From: Mobula birostris
Lineage: Eukaryota
NCBI RefSeq assembly: GCF_030028105.1
Contig: NC_092381.1
Coordinates: 34,761,550-34,825,549, forward strand
Direction: 5' to 3'
Length of the DNA: 64,000 nt
Shown here: positions 37,930-50,370 of the stretch, piece by piece
Numbering within the stretch: the first letter of the stretch is position 1
How the letters are laid out: every line of letters starts with the position of its first letter
The notes under the pieces: generated by a model
What the model saw: the letters and a program-made list of their open reading frames with translations, nothing else
The model's database searches: none
What the model was told of the DNA's origin: nothing
Program-made: the position numbers and the translations under genes

Positions 37930-39870
37930 AGACCACATATGCTAGACATCTGCAGCAATGCACAAAGGGGCTGGTATCATCTGTGGAAGGGGATGGACAG
38001 TCAATGCTTTGGGTCAGGACAGTCAATGCTTTGGGTCAAGACACTCCAACTGGACTGGAAAGAAAGAGCAAAGACAGCTAGTATAAAAAGGTGCAGCAAA
38101 AACTCAGGTGATAGGTGGATCCGGATCTGGGGGTGGGGGTGGGGGTGGGGTTGGGGGAGGTAGGGAAAGGCAGATTAGGGAGTGAGGAGAGTGGGAATGG
38201 TGTCAAGCTAGGAGATGACAAGTGAACAAAGATGGAATCTGACAAGAGAGGTCAGTTGAGCGTGGAACAAAGGGATAGAGGTGGGGAGGGAGAACCAACG
38301 AGAGGAGTGAGTGGTGGGATGGGCGGAGGGAGTGGAAAGACAATGACGGGTCAGGTGGATTGGGAGAAAGAAAAGCAAAAGGCAGCAGTTAACAGAAATT
38401 TGAGAATTGGATGTTGTTAAAATGCTCAAGGAGATCCGTTTTTTTTTGAGAATGATGTAATGGTCTTTTGGAAGTCACCTGATGTGATTTTCCCGCCGAT
38501 GTGAGGTCACGTGATGCCATGTGCCCCGTGACTATATAAGGGTCGACCCAGGTGACGCAGTTAGTTTTTGAGTTTGTAGATTTCCAGGTAGAATGTGTTG
38601 TGCCTCCGTTTCTGTTGCGTGTTTGCTTTTGTGAGGCAGTTTCATTTTTAAAACGGAAGGTGTTCTCTTACAAGCTATTGTATTATTGGACTGGGAATTT
38701 GTGGCTGGAAGTGCCAATATACTCAATTCCGACAGTTTTGAAGGGAGAGTGAAGAATTCATCGAAGTGAAGGGTTGAGAGAAGTCGGCATCGTTTGGCAG
38801 TTTAATAAAGAATCGACCTTATTGAGTCTTCGTTGGAGAGAACCTGCATCGAGATAACTCTTGCAAAAGGGCAATGAGTTCATGCAAAAAGGTGCTCTCT
38901 CTCTCTAAAGGAATTTAAGGTCAGTCGATTTAAACTGTTTATTTTCAGCATCGGGAATCCTGTGGACAGAACTAGCAGTAAAAGTGCATCCGTGAAGAAA
39001 TCCTTCTCCAGAGAAGTCTCTCCCAATTGAATGTGTAAAACTGTTGGATTTTCGAAGTTATCGCTTTAAGAACTATATCTGATTGTATCGCTTTAAGAAC
39101 TGTTTTCGCATTTAACGCTTTAAGAACCAGGGCCGAGTGGAGTTGGTGAACAGCTGCGTACCTGTTAACCTCCGGTTAAAGTTTTCCTTTTTTTTTCCTT
39201 TATCGTTTATACGTGTTTAGTAAATGTTTGGTTGTTTTATCTAACCTGTCTCGATTGATATTCATTGTTGCTGGTTACGTAACAATGTTCATGCAGGTTG
39301 GAAATTACCTAGAAGGTAGGAGGTGCTGCTCCTTTAATTTGCATTTAGCCTTGGCTTGCAGTGGAGAAGGCCATGGCCACGGACACACACATAGTTGTGG
39401 GCGTGGGAAGTAGAATGAAAATGCTGGCCATCAGAGCGTGGCTGGCAAAGCAGATGGTGCAAATGTGCTCAATGAAGAGGTTCCCCATATCTGTATCCAG
39501 TCTCCCTAATATAAATGGACTGAGGGGATTCACACGTAAGAAACTGCCTCACCTGGAAGGGCTATTTAAAACCCTGGATAATGGCGAGGGAGGAAGTATA
39601 AGGGCACTTCCTACAACTACAGGGACGAGTGCCTTGGGAGAAACAACTGGACAAGGGAGTCACAGAGTGATCCCTGCAGAAAGCAAAGAGGGGAAGCTGT
39701 GCTTGGTGGTGGTATCCTGCCGGAGAAGGCCGAAGTTGCAAAGAATGTTAAATTGGATGCATACACTGGTGGGGTGACAGGAAAAAAACTAGGGGAACAC
39801 CATCCCTGTTATGCCTGAGGGAGGGCATGGGATGAGGGCAGAAGTGCAGGATTATAGAAGAGATCCAAGT
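37930..39870 (-). mobile_element. Old, decayed Penelope-like element interrupted by a solo LTR
   Basis: Collinear, diverged similarity to 43449-44500; sequence rejoins across the LTR (...TGGATGT|TCATGCAGGTTGG). Confidence 0.7.
38415..39284 (+). mobile_element. Solo LTR (probably Gypsy-type), 870 bp
   Basis: TGTTA...TAACA termini; 4-bp TSD ATGT (38411-38414, 39285-39288); TATATAA at about 38533; AGTAAA near the 3' end; internal CGCTTTAAGAAC repeats. Confidence 0.85.
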
Positions 39871-40170
39871 GAGAGCTCCCACAAAAGAAAACAAGGCTCC
39901 CTGTTGCCCCAACACACAAGAACTAACACAGCTGTGTGCACACAATATACTCAATAAGGAGGAAAATAATTTGCAAGTAGGTGTTGCTCATTCACACAAG
40001 AGTTGTCAGTGTGCAGTCCTTATAAAATGTGAATGAGTGACTACACACCAAATTAATTCCACACCCCCACCACCACTATCATACTTAAATCACAACAGAT
40101 AACTCTACTCTCAAAAGGTTAATGGCATCACTCCTTAAAAATGAAAAGGAAGCTTATCTTTAATACTTAC

Positions 40171-40403
40171 CGGGCATCTTCGTGAAAAGCTGAGATGAAA
40201 TCCATTTGTTCACACTCTGGATATAGGAACAGTACAGGCCAATGTAAGCTGCCATTTTCATCCAGGTGCACTACCTGGCCGCACTCAGCACTTACTCCAT
40301 TGTGCAGTGTCCTTAATATGCTGTCACCCTCCTTTTCATCACCTTCATCGTCAGAGTTTTGACTTAACAGTTCTGGAGGCTGAAATAATTTGATATTTCT
40401 TTC
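40171..40403 (-). CDS. TTC4: TTC4 exon 7
   Basis: ERNIKLF...LHWPVLFLYPECEQMDFISAFHEDAR matches the WPVLFLYPE...DFISAFHED motif; TAG / GTAAGT. Confidence 0.94.
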
Positions 40404-40569
40404 CTATAGGGCATTAAAAAGGCAATTAAAACAAAGCAAAGTATGGAAATGCATAATTACATCATTTATCAGGAAGTATATCAAAAGATCAGATACTTAA
40501 GACATGTACAATGTGAAACTTGCATTTAATTTTAAACATATTGCCTATTCATTTTTCCAAGTTTCCTAC

Positions 40570-40656
40570 CTGGATGGCTTTCAGTAAAGCCTCTGCTTGC
40601 ACTCGTTCCTTTTTCCCCTTCAACTTTGCCTTCCTTAGATTACGCTCTTCAACACG
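40570..40656 (-). CDS. TTC4: TTC4 exon 6
   Basis: RVEERNLRKAKLKGKKERVQAEALLKAIQ; TAG / GTAGG. Confidence 0.92.
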
Positions 40657-40947
40657 CTATCAAAATAAATTGCATCGGTAATTTAACACTAGATGGCATA
40701 ATCAGTCAGAAAATAACCTGACCTTTGGGTTTAACATCAATTAAAAAATGGTGGCTTAAATTCAACCGGCACCTACAATTTTTTTTTAGGATTTTTGCAT
40801 GTTAAGAATCTGCACGAGTTTCCTGCTGAGCAAAGTATTGCAGCACAAACCACTCTGATATTATAAAGTCATGCAAGAACTTCACAAATTTTATCAGCTA
40901 GCATGTTCCAAGTCAGCAAGGTCATTGCTGCCCTGCAGAACTACATA

Positions 40948-41484
40948 CATTTAGTAGCCACTTTATAAAGTACCTGCTGGCCACTGAGTATATATTGATG
41001 GTCTTCTGCTGCTTTAGCCCATCCACTTCAAGGATCAACATGTTGTGTTCTCAGAGATGCCATTTTGCACTGCTCCATTGTAACAGGTGGATATTTGAGT
41101 TACTGTCACCATACTGTCAACCAGTTTGGCCATTCTACTCTGACCTTTCTCATTAACAAGGCATTTGCTGCCCACAGAACTGCTGTTCACTGGATTTTTT
41201 TTTGATTTCACACCATTCTCTGTAAACTTTAAAGACTGTTATGTGTGAAAATCACAGGAGATCAGCAGTTTCTGAGATACTCAAACCACCCTGTCTGGCA
41301 CCAACAATCATTCCACAGTCAAAGTCAATTTCTTCTCCGTTCTGATGTTTGGTCTAAACAGCAACTGAACCCCTTGACCATGTTTGCATGGTTTTATGTA
41401 TTGACTTGCTACCACATGATTGGCTGATTAGATGTTTGCATTAATGAGCAGGTGTATAGTACCTAATAAAGTGGCCAGTGAGTG
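40948..41484. mobile_element. Tc1-derived internally deleted element
   Basis: TIRs CATTTAGTAGCCACTTTATAAAGT / ACCTAATAAAGTGGCCAGTGAGTG flanked by TA. Confidence 0.75.
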
Positions 41485-41585
41485 TACATTCTTGTTACCA
41501 GAGATAGTATGTTGAATTGACGATATCTCCTGCATTCAGAACCACCTAATAACAGTACTTCTTATAGTCAATGTCTAACACATAC

Positions 41586-41710
41586 CTTCTGTTTATCAGC
41601 TTTGGCCCTCAGTTCAATAAGTTGTTTTTCTTTTGGCTCAAGCTGGAGGCCTTCATCACACCAAGCTATTACACTACTGTAATTCTTAAGTTCAGCGTAG
41701 CAAAGAACTC
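41586..41710 (-). CDS. TTC4: TTC4 exon 5
   Basis: VLCYAELKNYSSVIAWCDEGLQLEPKEKQLIELRAKADKQK; AG/GT. Confidence 0.94.
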
Positions 41711-42029
41711 CTGTCAAAATAAGAATCAAAATTTAAGGCTTTAGAATAAATAACAAAATCATTGTGTAAAAGATTATTACCAATCAGAAAATCATTTTGA
41801 AACATTATGAAATCAAAACAAGTTGCACTACTTTTAATTATCAATGTGCAGTCACACAGATATTCACCAAAATAAATGGTTCTCGAACAAAAAGCAATTT
41901 TTAGTATTGTTCAGGTGAAACAATGAATGACAATTGAAAAGGGGAAGGAATGGGAATCAGCCAGCACAGTCCTGGTAGGTTTTGTGCGGCACCACTTTAT
42001 TCAAATATTTCTGATTGAAGCCTTGTTCA

Positions 42030-43130
42030 CTTTTTTTAAATTATAACATTTTGTAGAAACAAATAAGGAGGATACGATTAAACTAGAGCAGGTGCAGAGA
42101 AGATTAAAAGGGAGGTTGCTGAAATGGAGGGCTTGAGTTCCAAGGAGAGATTGGATACGCTGGGACTGTCTTTCCTAGAGCAAAGGCAGCTGAGAAGTGA
42201 CCGTATAGACTTCCATAAATTATGAGGATAGATAGTCATATTATTTTCCCAGGGTAGGTGAGTCTAAAGTAATAGGTGAGAGTGGACACATTTTTAAGGG
42301 ATTTGAATTATAGAGACAAACAGCATGGAAACAAGCCTTTCTGTCCAACTCATCCCTACTGCTTGTGTTGCCCAGTGAGCTTATCCCATCTGCCTGTTTG
42401 TCCTATAGCCCTCTAAATCTCTCCTAACTATACACCTAGCAGCATTTAAAAACTATCTGAATAAGGTGCCTGCCTCAAACACTATTTCAGACAGCCCATT
42501 CCAAATAAGCACCACCCATTGTGTGATAAAGCTGGCCCTTAAGTCCCTTTTAAATCTCTTGTGTCTGATCTAAAACCTATGCCTTCTTGTTTTTTACACC
42601 TTCTCCCTGGGGGAGAAAAAAAACTACATGCTTTCATCTTGTCTATGCACCTCATGATCTTACGTTCCTCTATGAAATCACATCCCAATCTCCTCCACTC
42701 TAGGGAACAAAATCCCAGTCTATACACAATCCTCCCTCCCCAAAAATTCAGGCAATATCCTGGTAAATATTTGCTGCACTCTTTTTTAGTTTAGTAACAC
42801 CTTTCCTATAACAGTGTAACCAAAACTATACACAATGTTCTAAGTGTGGCTTCACCAACATATTATGAAACTGCAACTCCTATACTGAATGCCCTGACTG
42901 AAAGAAGGGTGGTGGGTACATACAAATGTAGAATTAACCTCCATAGGAGGTGGCAGAGGCATGTACAGTTACAACACTTAAAAATCAATTCAACATGTTC
43001 ACAGATATGAAAGGTTTCGAAGCATATGGGTCAAACACAGGCAAGTGGGATTGGCTTTGATAGATCACTGTCACTGTGGATAACTTGGGCCAAAGAGCTT
43101 GTTTCGGTGCTGAATAACTCTCTGAATCTA
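42030..43130. mobile_element. Nested CR1 3' fragments: minus copy (about 42310-42900) inside a plus copy
   Basis: CR1 C-terminal remnants (YRLGFCSLEWRRL...) on opposite strands. Confidence 0.7.
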
Positions 43131-43509
43131 AAACAAACTGTGGAATAAAACACTGCTACACAAGTAATTACCAGTCAATATTTCAGGGCACTACAGATTT
43201 TTGGAGCTGTACTGTGCCATTGTGGAATTTGTGTTCACTCTTCTGGTTCACCACTTATGGAGTTCTCAATAATATTCCTGTTTTTACTAGAGTGGAAAAA
43301 GAAACTGTAAAAATGCTTCCAAGCAGTCATTGTGGACTTAAAGACTAAAGGGAAGGGACAAAAAGAACACAAAACCTGTTTTCGAAGCTTTTGCAGCTCC
43401 TAGCAGATAACCAAGACAATACTAGTAAAAAAAAACTAGGTTATAGGCGACACACATCAAAGTTGCTGGTGAACGCAGCAGGTCAGGCAGCATCTCTAGG
43501 AAGAGGTGC

Positions 43510-43545
43510 AGTCCACGTTTCAGGCCGAGACCCTTCGTCAGGACT
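43510..43545 (-). ncRNA. Minimal hammerhead ribozyme motif, GUG triplet (predicted inactive)
   Basis: Minus strand AGTC-CTGACGA-A-GGGTCTCGGCCT-GAAA-CGTG-GACT. Confidence 0.65.
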
Positions 43546-46500
43546 AACTGAAGGAAGAGTGAGTAAGAGATATAAAACTGGGAGGGGGAGGGGGAGATCC
43601 AAAATGATGGGAGGAGAGGGAGGGATGGAGCCAGGAGCTGGACAGGTGATTGGCAAAAGGGATATGAGAGGATCATGGGACAGGAGGTCCGGGGAGAAAG
43701 AAAAGGGGGGGGGGGACCCAGAGGATGGGCAAGGGGTATAGTGAGAGGGACAGAGGGAGAAAAAGGAGTGAGAGAAAGAATGTGTGTATATAAATAACAG
43801 ATGGGGTACCAGGGGGAGGTGGGTCATTAGCAGAAGTCAGATAAGTCAATGTTCATGCCATCAGGTTGGAGGCTACCCAGATGGAATATAAGGTGTTGTT
43901 CCTCCAACCTGAGTGTGGCTTCATCTTTACAGGCCGTGGATAGACCTATCAGAATGGGAACGGGGTGTGGAATTAAAATATGTGGCCACTGGGAGATCCT
44001 GCTTTCTCTGGCGGACAGAGCGTAGGTGTTCAGCAAAACGATCTCCCAGTATGCGTCGGATCTCGCCAGTATATAGAAGGCCACATCGGGAGCACTGGAC
44101 ACAGTATATCATCCCAGCCGACTCACAGGCGAAGTGTCGCCTCATCTGGAAGGACTGTCTGGGGCCCTGAATGGTGGTAAGGGAGGAAGTGTAAGGGAAT
44201 GTGTAGCACTTGTTCTGCTTACAAGGATAAGTGCCAAGAGGGAGATCAGTGGGGAGGGATGGGGGGGACGAATGGACAAAGGAGTCGCGTATGGAGCCAT
44301 CCTTGCAGAAAGCGGGTGGGGGGGGGAGGGAAAGATGTGCTTAGTGGTGGGATCCTGTTGGAGGTGGCGGAAGTTACGGAGAATAATATGTTGGACCCGG
44401 AGGCTGGTGAGGTGGTAGGTGAGGACCAGGGGAACCCTATTCCTAGTGGGGTGGCGGGAGGATGGAGTGAGAGCAGATGTGCATGAAATGGGGGAGATGC
44501 GTTTGAGAGCAGAGTTGATAGTGGAGGAAGGGAAGCCCCTTTCTTTAAAAAAAGGACATCTCCCTCGTCCTGGAATGAAAAGCCTCATCCTGAGCGCAGA
44601 TGCGGCGGAGACGGAGGAATTGCAAGAAGGGGATGGCATTTTCGCAAGAGACAGGGTGAGAAGAGGAATAGTCCAGATAGCTGTGAGCGTCAGTAGGCTT
44701 ATAACAGACATAACTAGATAAGCTGTCTCCAGAGATAGAGACAGAAAGATCTAGAAGGGGGAGGGAGGTGTCGGAAATGGACCAGGTAAACTTGAGGGCA
44801 GGGTGAAAGTTGGAGGCAAAGTTAATAAAGTCAACGAGCTCAGCATGCGTGCAGGAAGCAGTGCCAATGCAGTCATCGATGTAGTGAAGGAAAAGTGGGG
44901 GACAGATATCAGAATAGGTACGGAACATAGATTGTTCCACAAAGCCAACAAAAAGGCAGGCATAGCTCGGACCCATGTGGGTGCCCATAGCTACACCTTT
45001 AGTTTGGAGGAAGTGGGAGGAGCCAAAGGAGAAATTATTAAGAGTAAGGACTAATTCCGCTAGACAGAGCAGAGTGGTGGTAGAGGGGAACTGATTAGGT
45101 CTGGAATCCAAAAAGAAGTGGAGAGCTTTGAGACCTTCCTGATGGGGGATGGAAGTATATAGGGACTGGACATCCATGGTGAAAATAAAGCGGTGGGGGC
45201 CAGGGAACTTAAAATCATTGAGAAGTTTAAGAGCGTGAGAAGTGTCATGAACATAGGTAGGAAGGGATTGAACAAGGGGGGATAAAACCGTGTCGAGGTA
45301 TGCAGAAACGAGTTCGGTGGGGCAGGAGCAAGCTGAGACAATAGGTCTGCCAGGACAGGCAGGTTTGTGAATCTTGGGTAGGAGGTAGAAACGGGAAGTG
45401 CAAGGTGTGGGAACTATAAGGTTGGTAGCAGTGGATGGGAGACTATAAGGTTGGTAGCAGTTGACATTATTAACTTTGCCTCCAACTTTCACCCTGCCCT
45501 CAAGTTTACCTGGTCCATTTCCGACACCTCCCTCCCCTTTCTAGATCTTTCTGTCTCTATCTCTGGAGACAGCTTATCTACTGATATCTACTATAAGCCT
45601 ACTGACTCTCACAGCTATCTGGACTAATCCTCTTCTCACCCTGTCTCTTGCAAAAATGCCATACCCTTCTCGCAATTCCTCCGTCTCCGCCGCATCTGCT
45701 CTCAGGATGAGGCTTTTCATTCCAGGACGAGGGAGATGTCCTCCTTTTTTAAAGAAAGGGGCTTCCCTTCCTCCACCATCAACTCTGCTCTCAAACGCAT
45801 CTCCCCCATTTCACGTACATCTGCTCTCACTCCATCCTCCCGCCACCCCACTAGGAATAGGGTTCCCCTGGTCCTCACCTACCACCCCACCAGCCTCTGG
45901 GTCCAACATATTATTCTCCGTAACTTCCGCCACCTCCAACGGGATCCCACCACCAAGCACATCTTCCTCCCCCCCCCAACTTTCTGCAAGGATCGCTCCC
46001 TACGCGACTCCCTTGTCCATTTGTCCCCCATCCCTCCCCACTGATCTCCCTCCTGGCACTTGTAAGCGGAACAAGTGCTACACATGCCCTTACACTTCCT
46101 CCCTTACCACCATTCAGGGCCCCACAGTCCTTCCAGGCGAGGCGACACTTCACCTGTGAGTCAGCTGGGGTGATATACTGCATCCTGTGCTCCCGATGTG
46201 GCCTTCTATATATTGGCAAGACCCGACGCAGACTGGGAGATCGTTTTGCTGAACACCTACGCTCTGTCCGCCAGAGAAAGCAGGATCTCCCAGTGGCCAC
46301 ACATTTTAATTCCACATCCCAATCCCATTCTGACATGTCTATCCACGGCCTCCTCTACTGTAAAGATGAAGCCACACTCAGGTTGGAGGAACAACACCTT
46401 ACATTCCGTCTGGGTAGCCTCCAACCTGATGGCATGAACATTGACTTCTCTAACTTCCGCTAATGCCCCACCTCCCCCTCATACCCCGTCCATTATTTAT

Positions 46501-46742
46501 ACATACACATTCTTTCTCTCACTCTCCTTTTTCTCCCTCTGTCCCTCTGACTATACCCCTTGCCCATCTTCTGGGTTCCCCCCACCCCTTTTCCTTCTCC
46601 CTGGGCCTCCTGTCCCATGATCCTCTCATATCCCACCTGTCGAGCTCTTGGCTCCATCCCTCCCCCTCCGGTCTTCTCCTATCATTTTGAATCTCCTCTC
46701 CCCCTCCCACTTTTAAATCTCTTACTAGCTCTTTCTTCAGTT

Positions 46743-46778
46743 AGTCCTGACGAATGGTCCCGGCCTGAAACGTGGACT
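46743..46778 (+). ncRNA. Minimal hammerhead ribozyme motif, GUG triplet and mutated stem II (predicted inactive)
   Basis: AGTC-CTGACGA-A-TGGTCCCGGCCT-GAAA-CGTG-GACT. Confidence 0.6.
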
Positions 46779-46947
46779 GTACCTCTTCCTAGAGATGCTG
46801 CCTGACCTGCTGCGTTCACCAGCAACTTTGATGTGTGTTGCTTGAATTTCCAGCATCTTGAGAATTCCTCGTGTTAGGTTATAGGCCATACTTCTCCTTG
46901 GAAGGGATGGGAAGAAAAATAAAACAAAACGATTACTACAATCCTAC

Positions 46948-47025
46948 CTCTGATTATTGCTTTCAAATGATTTGGTTTCAGTTTCCGAGCTGCAATCACG
47001 TCATTTAATGCTGATCGATTATTAC
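46948..47025 (-). CDS. TTC4: TTC4 exon 4
   Basis: NNRSALNDVIAARKLKPNHLKAIIRG; CTCCAG / GTAGG. Confidence 0.94.
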
Positions 47026-47581
47026 CTGGAGACAGAATATCAAATCTAGTATTATTTTTCACTTTGTTTTCTCCTTACCAACTAGCAGCCAGTACTGAGT
47101 GAATTCTCTTGAAGAAAAAAAATACATAACCAGCTATCATCTTCTTAGCTGAGCCTTCTAATTTATGTCTTGTTATTATTTTGAGAGCTAATTTTGTAGT
47201 AGAGTAATGCTTAAAATGTATTGCCTCACCTTACTCAACTGCATTATAAAACAATTCTATTAAACACAAGTATTATTGCTTCTACTCCAAGTAAGATTAC
47301 TAGCTTTATGAACAGACTGTCAGGGATTTTAATGGTCTGTTTGTGTTGCAACTTCTTTCTCATTTTTATGGTTTTAATAACAAATCATTAATTTAGTCTG
47401 CAAACACTTGTTCATGAAGAAATAAAATTCAGCCCAAAACCCATCAACACTCAAAACTTGAATCACATTACTCTAATCCCAATCAATTCTAAATCTAAAT
47501 CCTCTGTGTTGAGCTTCTAAATAAATCATTCATCCTAGTCATGTTCCCTCCATGGACTTGCAAAGTACCAACAAGTCATAC

Positions 47582-47743
47582 CCAAGTAAAACTGTGCTGC
47601 GGCTCTGTTTGTATAAAGTATAACATTTAGCTCCATGTCAGAGCATTTCCTCTTCAGACCCTCTGTATAAGAGACGACTGCTTTTTTATAATTCTTTTCC
47701 TTGAAGTACTGGTTTCCTTCATTCTTGTATGTTTTTGCAAGTT
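47582..47743 (-). CDS. TTC4: TTC4 exon 3 (TPR1-2)
   Basis: LAKTYKNEGNQYFKEKNYKKAVVSYTEGLKRKCSDMELNVILYTNRAAAQFYLG; canonical AG/GT. Confidence 0.95.
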
Positions 47744-48675
47744 CTGTAAAACATCATTTAGGAACGCGTTACACTATGTAAATATAGTAAGATCATCATT
47801 CAGACCCATTATAGACAAATCTGATCAATTGATTAATTTTGCAAGGACAACAAACAGTTTCAAAGAACAGAGAACAGTACAGCACAGGAACGTGGCCCTT
47901 TGCCCTATGACATCTGCGCCACTCATGGTATCAATCCAAACTAATCTCATCTGCCTCTTAAACATTGCTATCTTATCTGCTGGTCCCACCAGGCAGTGCA
48001 TTTCAGACAACTACCACACTACGTAAAAAAAAAATCTTGCCCTGCAAATCTCCTTTCAATTTTCCTCCCTCTCATCTTAAACCTATGCCCTCTACTGTTT
48101 GATATTTCCAGCCTAGAACATTCTACCCCATCTATGAATCTTAAAAGGTTTTATATTTCTATCAGGTCACTCTCAGTTTCCAACTCTCCAGAGTAGACAG
48201 TCCAACTGTGTCCAACCTTTCTTTGTAGCCAATAATCTGCAATCCAGGCAACATCCTGTGAACATCTTCTGCCACCGTTCAAATGCACCCAAGTTCTTCT
48301 TATTGCAATGGTAACCAGAACTGTACAATGCCAGTTTTATACTCAATTCCTCAATGAAAGTGACTAGAATGCCAATATTTCTACCACCATCCCTGTTCCC
48401 ACTTTCAGTGGACATGTACCCCAAGATCCCATCATTCACAGTCCCAAGGGTCCTGCTGTTGTCTTTACTCTTATATCTGAATTCCCAAAATGCATTATCT
48501 CACACTTGCCGGTATTAAACCCTATCCACTATTTCTCTTACCACAATTGTAACCCGTCTATATCCAACTGAATCTTCTCAATATCCACAACTTTGCCAAC
48601 TCTTGTGTCATCTGTAAAGCTTTAATCAGCCGATCAGTACTTTTGAACAGATTATTTATATAACAGAAGTCCCTT

Positions 48676-50370
48676 ACTTCACAGTGGAAGATATCTGCAG
48701 TATACTGGACATTCAAGACTGTCAGGGAAGTGAAGTATGTGCAGTGAAAATTACGACTGAGAAGGTGCTCAGGAAGCTTAATGGTCTGAGGGTGGATAAA
48801 TCTCCTGGACCTGATGGAATGCACCCTCGGGTTCTGAAGGAAGTAGCTGGAGAGATTGAGGAGGCAATAACAATGATCTTTCAAGAATCGATAGATTCTG
48901 GCATTGTACTGGATGACTGGAAAATTGGAAATGTTACTCTGCTCTTTAAGAAGGGTGGGAGGCAGCAGAAAGGAAACTATAGACCTGTTAGCCTGACATT
49001 AGTGGTTGGGAAGTCGTTGGAATCGATTGTTAGGGATAAGATTACAGAGTACCTGGAGGCACATGACAAGATAGGTCAAAGCCAGCATGGTTTCCTGAAA
49101 GGAAAATCCTACCTCACTAACCTACTGCAATTTTTTGAGGAAATTACAAGCAGGGTAGACAAAGGAGATGCAGTAGGTGTGGTGTACTTGGATCTTCAGA
49201 AGGCCTTTGACAAGGTGCTGCACATGAGGCTGCTTAACAAGATAAGAGCCCATGGAATTACAGGGGAGTTACTAGCATGGGTGGAGCTTTGACTGATCGG
49301 CAGAAAACAGAGAGTGGGAATAAAGGGATCCTGTTCTGGCTGGCTGCCGGTTACCAATGGAGTTCCACAGGGGTCAGTGTTTGGACCACTGCTTTTTACA
49401 ATATATGTCAATGATTTGGACTATGGGACTAATGGATTTGCGGCTGAATTTGCCGATGATACAAAGATAGGTGGAGGAGCGGGTAGTGTTGAGGAAACAG
49501 AGAGCCTGCAGAGAAGTTTAGCGGAATGGGCAAAGAAGTAGCAAATGAAATACAATGTTGGAAAGTGTATGGTCATGCACTTTGGTGGAAGAAATAAACG
49601 GGCAGACTATTATTTAGATGGGGAGAGAATTCAAAATGCAGAGATGCAAAGGGACTTGGGAGTCCTTGTGCAGGATACCATAAAGGTTAACCTCCAGGTT
49701 TAGTCATTGGTGAAGAAGGCAAATGCAATGTTGGCATTCATTTCTAGAGGTATAAAATATAAGAGCAGGGATGTGATGTTGAGGGTCTATAAGGCACCCG
49801 TGAGACCACACTTAGGGTACTGTGTGCAGTTTTGGGCTCCTTATTTTAGAAAGGATATACTGACATTAGAGAGGGTTCAGAGAAGATTCACAAGAATGAT
49901 TCCAGGAATGAAAGGGTTACCGTATGAGGGACGTCTGGCAGCTCTTGGGCTGTATTCCCTGGAGCTCAGGAGAATGAGGCAGGATCTCATAGGAACATTC
50001 CGAATGTTAGAAGGCCTGAACAGATTAGATATGGCAAAGTTATTTCCCATGGTAGGGGAGTCCAAGACAAGAGGGCATGACTTCAGGATTAAAGAATGTC
50101 CATTTAGAACAGAGATGCAGAGAAATTCCTTTAGTCAGAGGGTGATAAATCTGTGGAATTTGTTGCCACGAGTGGCTGTGGAGGCTAAGCCATTGGGTGC
50201 AGTTAAGGCAGAGATAGATAGGTTCTTGATTAGCCAGGCCATCAAAGGGTATGGGGAGAAGGCAGGGGAGTGGGGATGACTGGAAGAATCAGATCAGCCC
50301 ATGATTGAATGGCAGTCAGACTTGACGGGCCGAATGGCCTGCCTCTGCCCCTATATCTTATGGTCTTATG
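48676..50370 (+). mobile_element. CR1 LINE RT and 3' UTR (5'-truncated), inserted into an older minus-strand CR1 (about 47865-48675 and 50400-50835)
   Basis: KSPGPDGMHPRVLKE, NYRPVSLT, LDLQKAFDKV, GVPQGSV, EFADDTK; ATCTTATGGTCTTATG tail. Confidence 0.93.

Larger units (their letters stand above)
43449..46874. mobile_element. Penelope-like retroelement insertion, inverted structure with 12-bp TSD; RT and GIY-YIG endonuclease remnants
   Basis: Minus arm: FYLLPKIHK..GRPIVS, DVQSLYTSIP, GVAMG, YIDD (RT) and IYCVQCSRCGLLYTG (GIY-YIG). Plus arm repeats the 3' 1.4 kb. TAGGTTATAGGC at 43437-43448 and 46875-46886. Confidence 0.93.

Noticed and set aside
39060-39130. Spaced CGCTTTAAGAAC repeats as a CRISPR-like array
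   Set aside because: Only three short units inside a solo LTR in a vertebrate genome; no cas genes
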